Shown piece by piece: positions 54,627 through 64,000 of a stretch of 64,000 nucleotides of DNA (the first letter of the stretch is position 1; each line of letters starts with the position of its first letter). The notes beneath the pieces are model-generated. The model was not told where the DNA came from, made no database searches, and saw nothing but the letters and a program-made list of their open reading frames with translations. The stretch lies in IMG/VR virus record IMGVR_UViG_3300037743_000227; one strand, given 5' to 3'. The position numbers were made by a program, and so were the translations under genes. The stretch comes from an uncultured virus (IMG/VR IMGVR_UViG_3300037743_000227). Its lineage: Duplodnaviria; Heunggongvirae; Uroviricota; Caudoviricetes.

Positions 54627-56428
54627 GCCGCAACGACAACGACGCATTGACGGTCATGGATTGGTTCTGCGGGGCCGGCGGCTCCTCCCAGGGCATGCAC
54701 TCGATCCCGGGTGTCCGGATGGAGCGGGCGGCGAACCACTGGGAGCGGGCGATCGAGTCGCACGCCGCGAACTTCCCCACCGTCGACCACTACCGCGGCG
54801 ACATCCGCGAAGCACCCGTCGAGACGTGGCCCGCCACCGACATTTTCTGGGCTAGTCCTGAGTGCCCTCAGTGGAGCAACGCCCGCGGTAAGAAGCGGGA
54901 CTTTGACGCCTCTCTCCAGGGCGACCTCTTCGACGGCTTCGGGCCGTCGGATGAGGTGGAGCGCTCCCGCGCGCTCATGGAGGAAGTCCCCATGTACCTG
55001 CGCGGCGTCCAGGAGCGGGGCGGTCTGGTCAAGGCCGGGGTCGTCGAGAACGTCGTGGACGTCCGCGCTTGGGATCAGTGGGACCGGTGGATCGGCGAGA
55101 TCCGGAAGCTCGGCTACGAGACCCGCGTCATCGCCATGAACTCAATGCACGCCGACCCGCGCACGGTGCACAAGGCGCCGCAGTCCCGCGACCGTCTGTA
55201 CGTCGCCTACTGGCACAAGAGCCTGGGCCGCACCCCGGACTGGGACAAGTGGCTCCGCCCGCGCGCATGGTGCACCGGCTGCGACACCTGGGTGCAGGCC
55301 GTACAGCGGTTCAAGCAGCCCGGCCGCGACATGGGCCGCTACCGCCAGCAGTACGTCTACCGCTGCCCGAACGTGGCCTGCCGCAACCAGATCGTCGAGC
55401 CCGAGACGCTGCCCGCCGCGGTCGCCATCGACTGGGGGATCCCCGGCCAGCGCATCGGCGACCGCACCAAGCCCCTCGCCGACAAGACCCTCGCCCGCAT
55501 CCAGGCCGGCCTCGACAAGTTCGCCCGCCCCATCACCCTCGAAGCCGCAGGCAACACCTTCGAGCGTCGCCCCGGCGTCCGCACGTGGCCCGTCGACGCT
55601 CCGCTCACCACCCAGACGACGACGGCGACGAAGGCGATGGCCTACGAGCCGTTCATGGTCCCGGCCGGAGGGACCTGGCGCAACGACCCGTCCAGCGTCC
55701 TCGACCCGATGGCCTGCCGCACCACCCGCGAGAACGACGGTCTGGCCATACCGCCCCTGCTGATCCCGGTGGAGGGCCGGGAGGACAAGAAGCCGGCTTC
55801 CGCGCACGATCCGCTGCGCACGCAGACCGCCCGGAACGAGACCGGCCTCGCCTGGCTGCCGTTCATGGTCACCATGCGCGGCGGTGGCGACCAGCTCCGC
55901 GGTCGCTCCATCGGCGAGCCCGTCGGCACGGTGTCCGCGAACGGCAACCACCACGGCCTCGTCACCCCGAACCTGCCCGCGTTCGTGATGCGCAACAACG
56001 GCAGCAGCGGGGACGGCGGCGAACACTGCACCCGGGCTGATGAGTACTTCCGCACCATGACCACGGCTGGCCACCAGTCGCTCGTCACCTGGGAACACCT
56101 CCTCGTCCCCTACTACGGCAACGGCACGGCGAAGACGGTCCGCGAACCCGTCGGCACGCTCTCCACCCGCGACCGGTACGCCCTCGTACAGGGCGACGTC
56201 GACATCAACGACGTCCTCTTCCGGATGCTGGAGCCCCACGAGATCGGCCGCGCAATGTCCTTCGCCGACCAGTACATCGTCCTCGGCTCCAAGCGCGAAC
56301 GCGTCCGCCAATACGGCAACGCCGTCACCCCCAACTGCGCCGAAGTCATCGTCTGCGCCCTCGTCGAAGCCATCACCGGCGAGGACATCGAGCGGCACAC
56401 CGAACCCGCCTTCGAGGCCGCCGCGTGA
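54623..56428 (+). CDS. DNA (cytosine-5) methyltransferase, orphan
   Basis: Motif I DWFCGAGG, IV ASPEC, VI VENV, VIII PQSRDR, IX RML, X QYGNAV. Confidence 0.92.
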   Translation: MSRNDNDALTVMDWFCGAGGSSQGMHSIPGVRMERAANHWERAIESHAANFPTVDHYRGDIREAPVETWPATDIFWASPECPQWSNARGKKRDFDASLQGDLFDGFGPSDEVERSRALMEEVPMYLRGVQERGGLVKAGVVENVVDVRAWDQWDRWIGEIRKLGYETRVIAMNSMHADPRTVHKAPQSRDRLYVAYWHKSLGRTPDWDKWLRPRAWCTGCDTWVQAVQRFKQPGRDMGRYRQQYVYRCPNVACRNQIVEPETLPAAVAIDWGIPGQRIGDRTKPLADKTLARIQAGLDKFARPITLEAAGNTFERRPGVRTWPVDAPLTTQTTTATKAMAYEPFMVPAGGTWRNDPSSVLDPMACRTTRENDGLAIPPLLIPVEGREDKKPASAHDPLRTQTARNETGLAWLPFMVTMRGGGDQLRGRSIGEPVGTVSANGNHHGLVTPNLPAFVMRNNGSSGDGGEHCTRADEYFRTMTTAGHQSLVTWEHLLVPYYGNGTAKTVREPVGTLSTRDRYALVQGDVDINDVLFRMLEPHEIGRAMSFADQYIVLGSKRERVRQYGNAVTPNCAEVIVCALVEAITGEDIERHTEPAFEAAA

Positions 56429-56531
56429 CCGCCTCCCGCCAGCCGCGCGCCGGACAACCAAACGGACCAATTCCCTGACCAAAAGGTAATGCGGCCGGGG
56501 TCTGGCCAGTTCCACCGGACGCCAACACGAC

Positions 56532-56557
56532 AAAGGCCCCGCCACACGGCGGGGCCC
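56532..56557. terminator. Hairpin between convergent genes
   Basis: AAAGGCCCCGCC-ACAC-GGCGGGGCC. Confidence 0.7.
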
Positions 56558-56583
56558 GGAGGAAAGGAGGAGACGTGACGCAG

Positions 56584-56793
56584 CTAGGACTTCGGCTCGA
56601 CCAGGACGCGCTCTTCGCCGAGGGCTTCAAGGGCGCGCTCGTAGAAGTCCATGCCCACGATGACGGCGACGCGCTTCCCGCGGCTGGTCATGACGGTCGT
56701 CTCGTCGAAGTAGCGGGCGCGCTCGATCGCGTCGGCGAGCGAGTTACGCACGTCCGCGATCTTCTCCTGGTGCTCCTTCTTCGGCGCGGTCAT
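56584..56793 (-). CDS. Phd/YefM-family antitoxin-like protein
   Basis: IADVRNSLADAIERA...TVMTSRGKRVAVIVGMDFYE. Confidence 0.88.
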   Translation of the reverse strand: MTAPKKEHQEKIADVRNSLADAIERARYFDETTVMTSRGKRVAVIVGMDFYERALEALGEERVLVEPKS

Positions 56794-56815
56794 GTCCGGA
56801 GTGTACCTCACGATC

Positions 56816-56855
56816 ATGATGTACATGAGCGCGTTGAGCGCTATGATGTACATGA
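56816..56855. promoter_or_regulatory. Operator pair ATGATGTACATGA x2
   Basis: Exact 13-bp direct repeats at 56816 and 56843, each with the palindrome ATGTACAT. Confidence 0.75.
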
Positions 56856-56952
56856 ACCTGAACGGGGTTGGCACTCGGTGCAAGACGGCCGGGAGGGCTT
56901 GGTTCCGTGCGCCCCGATTCGACAGCGGACGCATGACGACCAGGGAGGGCCC

Positions 56953-57507
56953 TTGCTAGGAGATCTGAACGACCCGTGGTGGCTCGACAAGATCAAGTTC
57001 GGTTCTGGTGTCGCAAAGGCCATAGCGCGACGAATCCAAGCCAGCGCCGGCGGCAGCCAGGCGTGGCCCCTCGACTACGAAGAGATGGCCGACGAGTTCG
57101 AGTTCAGCATTCAGGAACTCCAAGACGCAGTCGCACTCATGACCGCCAGCGGGCACGCGCGCGTCGAACACAACTACCCAGGCCTCAACGGCACGTGGCT
57201 CTTGCTGCACACGCCTGAGCGGCTAATGACGGAAGCCGCCGCCGCGGAAGCCGAGCGAAAGAAGGCGGCTGCACGCGCGGCCAAGATCGCCCTGCGCGGT
57301 GGCCAGGTCCACCGCACGCCAATCCCGGAGGAGATCAAAACCTTCGTTTTCGAGCGCGACGGCCACGCCTGCCTCCGATGCGGCGCCACCGAGGACTTGA
57401 CCCTCGACCACGTCCATCCGTGGTCCATCGGCGGCGCCGACACCCCGGACAACCTGCAGGTCCTCTGTCGCCCCTGCAACAGCAGTAAGGGCGACCGGGT
57501 CGCCTGA
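56953..57507 (+). CDS. HNH endonuclease with N-terminal wHTH-like domain
   Basis: GGGAGG plus TTG; VFERDGHACLRCG...LTLDHVHPWSIGG...NLQVLCRPCNSSKG. Confidence 0.85.
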   Translation: MLGDLNDPWWLDKIKFGSGVAKAIARRIQASAGGSQAWPLDYEEMADEFEFSIQELQDAVALMTASGHARVEHNYPGLNGTWLLLHTPERLMTEAAAAEAERKKAAARAAKIALRGGQVHRTPIPEEIKTFVFERDGHACLRCGATEDLTLDHVHPWSIGGADTPDNLQVLCRPCNSSKGDRVA

Positions 57508-57548
57508 CCTGCCGCCACTCCGTGTAGTTCCGATTGAGAAGAGGGCTC

Positions 57549-58346
57549 GTGAGCCTCGACGCGCAGGACTGGGTTTGGGAGCACTCCGCTTCCAAGGGCA
57601 CGGCACGCCTCGTGCTGCTCGCGATCGCCGACAAGGCGTCCGGACCGGAGTGCTCGGCGTATGCCGGCACGACCCTGCTCGTGAAGAGGTCGAAGGCTGC
57701 CCGCTCCTCCGTCGTGGTCGCCGTCGACAAGCTCGTCGCATCTGGAGAACTGAAGGTCATCAAGGGGCGCACGGGACCCCGCGGCGAGACCTGGTATTGC
57801 CTTCCGAAGGCCGTCGGCCACCGTCGCGAAGGGGGTCCGAAATCCGGACCGGTCCGGAATCCGGACCCCTCCGAAATCGAGACCCCCACCGGTCCGGAAT
57901 CCGGACCCCAGGGGTCCGAAATCGAGACCCCCACCGGTCCGGAATCCGGACCCCAGAACACAAGGAACACAGACACACAACAGAACACCCATAAAGAAGA
58001 TCGCGACGAGAGCCGACAGGTCGACGACGAACGCGACTACCAGTGGCCCCGCTTCGGCGACTTCTGGCTCATGTACCCGCGGAGCAAGCAGATCGAGAAG
58101 GCCAAGACCGCCTGGCGCGAGGCCCTCGACCGCGGCGCCGACCCGGACCTGATCGTCAAAGCCGCCACCGCCTACGCCCATGAACGGCACGGCCAAGACG
58201 CCAAGTACACGCCGTACCCCGCCACATGGCTGAACAACGGCAGCTACGAAGACCAGCCCGACCCCGACCGACCAGCCGGCCAGGACGATTCCGGCCCTCA
58301 CCGCAATCCCGAAGACCCTTCCGACTACCACCAGGACTGGAACTGA
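57549..58346 (+). CDS. Replication initiator (lambda O-like organisation)
   Basis: N-terminal wHTH (ARLVLLAIAD), internal repeats, C-terminal FGDFWLMYPR...YPATWLNNGSYED; upstream of DnaC/DnaB. Confidence 0.85.
   Translation: MSLDAQDWVWEHSASKGTARLVLLAIADKASGPECSAYAGTTLLVKRSKAARSSVVVAVDKLVASGELKVIKGRTGPRGETWYCLPKAVGHRREGGPKSGPVRNPDPSEIETPTGPESGPQGSEIETPTGPESGPQNTRNTDTQQNTHKEDRDESRQVDDERDYQWPRFGDFWLMYPRSKQIEKAKTAWREALDRGADPDLIVKAATAYAHERHGQDAKYTPYPATWLNNGSYEDQPDPDRPAGQDDSGPHRNPEDPSDYHQDWN
57831..58000. repeat. Putative replication origin: iterons plus A-rich tract
   Basis: GGTCCG[G/A]AATCCGGACC quasi-palindromes; 42-bp exact repeat at 57870 and 57915; A/C-rich tract after 57957. Confidence 0.75.
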
Positions 58347-58348
58347 CC

Positions 58349-59062
58349 ATGCAGTGGACCCCGCCAATCAACCCGAAGCGGTACCACCTCGAGGAGCTGC
58401 TCGCCGCACGCGGCGTCGACCCGGTCTGGCTGAACTCCGGCGACACCGACCCGCACTGCCCCGCCAACGTCGCCCGCTTCTCCCTCGTCGCCGCCAGCAA
58501 GGTCATTCCCTTCCACTACCGCGACGCCATCACCGACAGCCCCGAGATCCTCGCCTGGCTCCAGGAGCTCACCGGCCAGGCCCGCGAAACCCAGGCCGAA
58601 CGCGGCGCCCCCGTCGCCTCCGTCAACCACGGCCGCTCTCTGCTGCTGCTCGGCCCGACCGGCACCGGCAAAACCCACCAGGCCTACGGTGCGATCCGCG
58701 ACCTTGCCCTCGCTGGCGTCGCCGCCTCATGGGTCATCACCACCGCCGCCGACCTGTACGCCGCCCTGCGCCCGCGCCACGGCATCGACTCCGAAGCCGA
58801 GTTCCGCCGCTACCGCGACGCATCCGTGCTCCTCCTCGACGACCTCGGCGCGGAACGGAAGCCCACCGAGTTCACCGAAGAGATCAACTTCCGGCTCATC
58901 AACTGGCGCTACGAGAACCACAAGCCCACGCTGATCACCTCCAACCTGGTGCCGAAGGAGATCAGCGCCCGCCTCGGCGACCGTGTCACCAGCCGGCTCA
59001 TCGAAATGTGCCAGCGCGTCGTGTTCAAGGGCCCCGACCGCCGCCGGGGTGAAGCCGCGTGA
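58349..59062 (+). CDS. DnaC/IstB-like helicase loader ATPase
   Basis: GPTGTGKTH, LLLDDLG, TLITSN, RVTSRL. Confidence 0.9.
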   Translation: MQWTPPINPKRYHLEELLAARGVDPVWLNSGDTDPHCPANVARFSLVAASKVIPFHYRDAITDSPEILAWLQELTGQARETQAERGAPVASVNHGRSLLLLGPTGTGKTHQAYGAIRDLALAGVAASWVITTAADLYAALRPRHGIDSEAEFRRYRDASVLLLDDLGAERKPTEFTEEINFRLINWRYENHKPTLITSNLVPKEISARLGDRVTSRLIEMCQRVVFKGPDRRRGEAA

Positions 59063-59453
59063 CGCGAGGAGCTGGCCGCAGCCGCGGCTACCGACCCCAG
59101 GACAACGAACTCCGCCCCGGCAAGGTCGTCGTCCCGTTCGGCGAGAAGACGACGATCTGCCCGGCCTGCCGCCAGCACAAGCACCACGCCTGCTGGGCGC
59201 ACACCGCAGCCCTCGGTATCGGCGGAGAGCCCGGATGCCCCTGCGGCTGCCACGTTCCGCTCGACGAGCCGCTGATGACCGACGAAGCGATCGACGACAT
59301 GGCCGCCCACGGGACGCTCGCCGACCACGTCAAGTTCCAGAAGTCGTGGGCGCTCGGCTCCGGATCCATCCACTTCGCCGACCCCTGCCGCCGCTGCGCC
59401 GCCATCGAGGCCGCGCGCACCGGCGCCCAGACCGAACTGCCGCTGGAGAGCAA

Positions 59454-59457
<4 letters not shown>
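59059..59457 (+). CDS. Cys-rich hypothetical protein
   Basis: GTGA overlaps; CPAC, CPCGC, CRRC. Confidence 0.65.
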
Positions 59458-60838
<1,381 letters not shown>

Positions 60839-60842
<4 letters not shown>

Positions 60843-61123
60843 ACCAGCCCACCGCCGAGGACATCGCCGCCCTGCGTGCCGACGGCGACCTCCACGACTA
60901 CCTGCTCGCCCTCACCGGCCGCACCCCCGCCCCCAAGCCGGCCCCGCTCGCTGCGGCTCCGGATCCCGGCTATCGGATCGCGCACACCGGCGGCTGGCCC
61001 ATCGGCACCGCCGCCACCGGGCCGACCCCGACGCACGGCCGCTGCACCTGCCCGAAGTGCGCGCAAGCCGACGTCGTCCAACTGCCCCAGCAGCACCAGC
61101 ACCAGACAGGAGAAGCCGCATGA
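60839..61123 (+). CDS. Hypothetical protein
   Basis: ATGA overlaps; CTCPKC. Confidence 0.65.
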
Positions 61124-62574
61124 CCAGCATCGAATGGACCGAGCAAACCTGGAACCCGACCACCGGCTGCGACCGCATCAGCCCCGGCTGCGATAACTGC
61201 TACGCCCTGACGATGGCCAAGCGGCTGAAGGGCATGGGGCAGGCCAAGTACCAGAACGACGGCGACGCCCGCACCTCCGGACCCGGCTTCGGACTCACCG
61301 TCCACCCCGACGTCCTCACGGATCCGCTGCGCTGGAAGAAGCCCCGCCGGATCTTTGTGAATTCAATGTCCGACCTGTTCCATGCCCGGGTACCGGACGA
61401 GTTCATCGCCCGCGTGTGGCAGGTCATGGGAGTCACTCCCCAGCACACTTTCCAGATCCTCACCAAGCGTGCCAAGCGTATGGAGTCCTGGACGAACCGC
61501 TGGTACTCCGGTGAGATCCCCGAGCCCTACGACGTCCGCTCGATCCCCGGATACGAGGGCTACAGCGTGACGACCCACGGGGAAGTCCTCGGTAAGCGCT
61601 CCGACACCCGCGGCGGCTTGAAGCTCGACGCCGGCGAGCAGGGGCACCTCCGCGCGCCGCTCTACCGAGCCGCAGGGCACTCGCCGAAGCGCGAACTCGT
61701 GCACCGCCTCGTTCTCACAGCCTTCGTCCGGCCGCCCCGCCTGGGAGAGCAGGCGTGCCACCGGAACGGTGACCCGTCCGATAACCGCCTCTCCAACCTC
61801 TACTGGGGCACCCAGGGCGACAACTGGCGCGACCGCCTGACCCACGGGAACGGCCGGTCGTACCAGAAGCTCTCCGAGCAACAGGTCTCGCAGATAAGGG
61901 AGCGCCACGCAGCGGGCCAATCCGCCTACTCCATGGCCAAGGACTACGGAGTCTCGGACACCCAGATCCGAAACATCGTGATGAATCGCCAGTGGGCGAC
62001 CGCGCACCTGGTCAAAGTGCCGACCCCGGCTCCGGCCCGCGTCGTGCTGGACAACTGCTGGTTGGGCACGAGCGTCGAGAGCCAGAAGTACGCCGACATC
62101 CGTATACCCGCCCTGCTGGGGGCCCCGGCCGCCGTCCGTTTCCTGTCGTGCGAACCCCTCCTCGGCCCGGTCCGCCTCACCCATCAGGACCACACGGACC
62201 ACGAGCGGGACTGGGACGGCGACTGGATCTGCCTCGGCTGCTCCACGGACGAGGAGCATGTCCCCTGGCGGACCGTTGACCGCCCCAGTCTCGACATCGA
62301 CTGGGTCATCATCGGCGGCGAATCCGGTCCCGGCGCCCGGCCGTTCGATCCCGAGTGGGCGGCCGACCTGATCAGCGACGCCCGCCGAGTCGGCGCGGCC
62401 CCGTTCGTGAAGCAGCTCGGATCGGCTTGGGCCCGCGACTACACCGTGGCCGGGAAGAGCGTGGCCGCCCATGGCGACACCAAGGGCGGCAAACCCGAGC
62501 ACTGGCCGGCCGACCTCCGAGTCCGCGAGTACCCCGTCACCGCTGGAACCGGGCTCCGAGGTGAGGCCGCCTGA
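61120..62574 (+). CDS. DUF5131 (Gp37/Gp68, radical-SAM-like) protein with in-frame NUMOD4-HNH insertion
   Basis: [72 protein letters not shown] insert at about 61531-61995. Confidence 0.9.
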   Translation: MTSIEWTEQTWNPTTGCDRISPGCDNCYALTMAKRLKGMGQAKYQNDGDARTSGPGFGLTVHPDVLTDPLRWKKPRRIFVNSMSDLFHARVPDEFIARVWQVMGVTPQHTFQILTKRAKRMESWTNRWYSGEIPEPYDVRSIPGYEGYSVTTHGEVLGKRSDTRGGLKLDAGEQGHLRAPLYRAAGHSPKRELVHRLVLTAFVRPPRLGEQACHRNGDPSDNRLSNLYWGTQGDNWRDRLTHGNGRSYQKLSEQQVSQIRERHAAGQSAYSMAKDYGVSDTQIRNIVMNRQWATAHLVKVPTPAPARVVLDNCWLGTSVESQKYADIRIPALLGAPAAVRFLSCEPLLGPVRLTHQDHTDHERDWDGDWICLGCSTDEEHVPWRTVDRPSLDIDWVIIGGESGPGARPFDPEWAADLISDARRVGAAPFVKQLGSAWARDYTVAGKSVAAHGDTKGGKPEHWPADLRVREYPVTAGTGLRGEAA

Positions 62575-62792
62575 TGTCGCCCGTTGATCCGCGACCGCGC
62601 TGCCAGGAGTGCCATCGCCCGCTGCGGCGCCCGTCCCGGTCGGGTTACGGCCCGGTGTGTGAGCGGCGCCGCAACGCCCGCCCCACACCCCCGCCAGCCG
62701 CGCGCAACCCGCCCGCTGCCGCAGCCCCGGCCATCCCGGGGCAGGTCGCCCTCCCGCTTCAGCCCTTCCAACCCACCCTGGAGAGCCTCTGA
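62574..62792 (+). CDS. Small zinc-finger protein (DUF6011-like)
   Basis: CQECHRPL...GYGPVC. Confidence 0.7.
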   Translation: MSPVDPRPRCQECHRPLRRPSRSGYGPVCERRRNARPTPPPAARNPPAAAAPAIPGQVALPLQPFQPTLESL

Positions 62793-63229
62793 TGACCACC
62801 CGAACCCACACCCCCGACCGCGCCAACGACGACGGCTCCACCACCATCCACGTCAAGCGCGCCTGCAACGGCTGCGGCCACCTGCTCGGCGACGTCGACA
62901 ACCGGGACATCACCGACCACGGCGGCCTCACCGACGTCCGCGCCGAATGCGGGCACTGCGCGCCGCTCGTCGCCTTGGAGGCCGCGGGCTGCCGCACCTG
63001 GCAGCTCACCGAGCGCAGCTACCCGCGCGTCGACCACGAGATCGACCGGCTCGGCGTCTTCGCCAAGCAGTTCACCGAGATGGTCGACGGCAAGGTCACC
63101 ACCGTCGGCATGCGCATCGGCGTCAAGCCCGGCCACGTCGTTGCCTGCTTCGGTGACTGGATCATCCGCCACCCCGACGGCCGCTGGTCAGTCCACCCGG
63201 CGCCCGCCGCGAAGGAGGCGCAGCGATGA
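62792..63229 (+). CDS. Hypothetical zinc-ribbon protein
   Basis: CNGCG...CGHC; FGDWIIR. Confidence 0.7.
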   Translation: MTTRTHTPDRANDDGSTTIHVKRACNGCGHLLGDVDNRDITDHGGLTDVRAECGHCAPLVALEAAGCRTWQLTERSYPRVDHEIDRLGVFAKQFTEMVDGKVTTVGMRIGVKPGHVVACFGDWIIRHPDGRWSVHPAPAAKEAQR

Positions 63230-63591
63230 GCGCCCCGGTGATCTGCCGTCCGCCGTCGTTCCCGATCCGCCGGATCCTCAACTGCCCGACCTGCAAGCAG
63301 CGCCGCCGCATGGCCGGGATCGACGGAGGGCCCTGGTACGGGCCGACGCTCACCTGCCTCGGATGCGGCGACTCCTGGTCGTGCGGCGAGATGCACGACC
63401 GTCCGTTCGTCCGAGGCTGGCGGCCCAAGAGCATCGCCGCGGCCAAGCGGGCGTGGAGCGAGGCGGGCCGCTACAGCCGCGGCGACCACAAGCAGTGGCT
63501 CGCCGAAGAACTTGCCGCCACGACAGCCGACTACGGCAGTGCGGTCGAGGACAACGAACTACCCGCCCCCGCCCGCGCCGCCGCCGTCTGA
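63226..63591 (+). CDS. Hypothetical zinc-ribbon protein
   Basis: AAGGAGG RBS; CPTC...CLGCG. Confidence 0.7.
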   Translation: MSAPVICRPPSFPIRRILNCPTCKQRRRMAGIDGGPWYGPTLTCLGCGDSWSCGEMHDRPFVRGWRPKSIAAAKRAWSEAGRYSRGDHKQWLAEELAATTADYGSAVEDNELPAPARAAAV

Positions 63592-63628
63592 GCGTCCACC
63601 CCCGCACACCCACCGAAGGAGCAGCACC

Positions 63629-63820
63629 GTGACCTACATCGCCCCGGCGTTCATGACCCACGCCGCGCCCGAAGCCATCGAGTCCGCCATCCGCGAAGCC
63701 GAAGCCACTCGCGACCGGTACGCGAAGAAGGCCAGCGTCCTGCGCGGGTTGCTCGCCACCCGCCACGACCAGATCGCCGCCGGAACGTGGCCGCCCGCCT
63801 ACGACGAGACCCCCGCCTGA
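63629..63820 (+). CDS. Small hypothetical protein
   Basis: AAGGAG RBS plus GTG. Confidence 0.65.
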   Translation: MTYIAPAFMTHAAPEAIESAIREAEATRDRYAKKASVLRGLLATRHDQIAAGTWPPAYDETPA

Positions 63821-63911
63821 GTCCGGTTCCGTCCGGCCCGCACACACCCAGCCCCGCTGTCAGTGCCACCCCCTACCGTCCCAACACACCACAAACCAGG
63901 AGGAAATGACC

Positions 63912-64000
63912 ATGGCCAACCCGCTGCCCCACGACCCGTACATCACCGCCGTCTGCGACGCCCTCACCGCCGCCGAACTGGAACTCACCGACCACTGCTG
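63912..64000 (+). CDS. 3'-truncated hypothetical protein (MANPLPHDPYITAV...)
   Basis: AGGAGG RBS; open to the window end. Confidence 0.6.
   Translation, partial: MANPLPHDPYITAVCDALTAAELELTDHC

Noticed and set aside
53558..56428. 956-aa methyltransferase fusion in the ORF track
   Set aside because: The upstream part is an off-frame read through the HTH gene; RBS and ATGA overlap place the start at 54623.
54623..57507. Methyltransferase plus HNH as a restriction-modification pair
   Set aside because: They are separated by a terminator and an opposite-strand gene, and both types are common as solitary phage genes; not excluded but unsupported.
62041..62064. VVLDN/C as an intein C-terminal splice junction
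   Set aside because: It aligns with the native DUF5131 LxNxWLG motif, lacks the penultimate His, and no N-terminal Hint block is present.

Overview
The whole 64 kb reads as one high-GC temperate siphovirus-type genome, most likely from Streptomyces, and I recognised no host housekeeping genes. From left to right it carries: (1) a plasmid/AICE-type conjugation module (FtsK/TraB ATPase plus a symmetric 12-repeat clt-like locus) and small accessory genes on +, 1-9.3 kb; (2) a complete virion morphogenesis operon on the minus strand, 33.1 to 9.3 kb, running MuF, terS, terL, portal, scaffold, capsid, head-tail proteins, tail tube, frameshifted chaperones, tape measure and a 1684-aa tail protein, and ending in a five-gene glycan/modification cassette (GT32, methyltransferase, AspH-like 2OG-Fe(II) hydroxylase, pyruvyltransferase, GT2), with a + strand moron between portal and scaffold; (3) a divergent lysis cassette, a serine recombinase, GntR regulators and a candidate structured ncRNA, 33.2-40.8 kb; (4) an apparently intact attP-like site next to a tyrosine integrase, then a repressor/Cro switch; (5) a long early operon with recombination genes, a C5 methyltransferase, an orphan Phd antitoxin, an HNH nuclease, an initiator with iterons, DnaC, DnaB, and a DUF5131 protein carrying an in-frame NUMOD4-HNH endonuclease. 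The best novelty candidates are the tail-linked hydroxylase/glycosylation cassette, the HNH inserted into DUF5131 without an intein, the TraB/clt module inside a tailed phage, and two C-loop structured RNA candidates. All calls come from reading motifs and gene order by eye; no searches were run.
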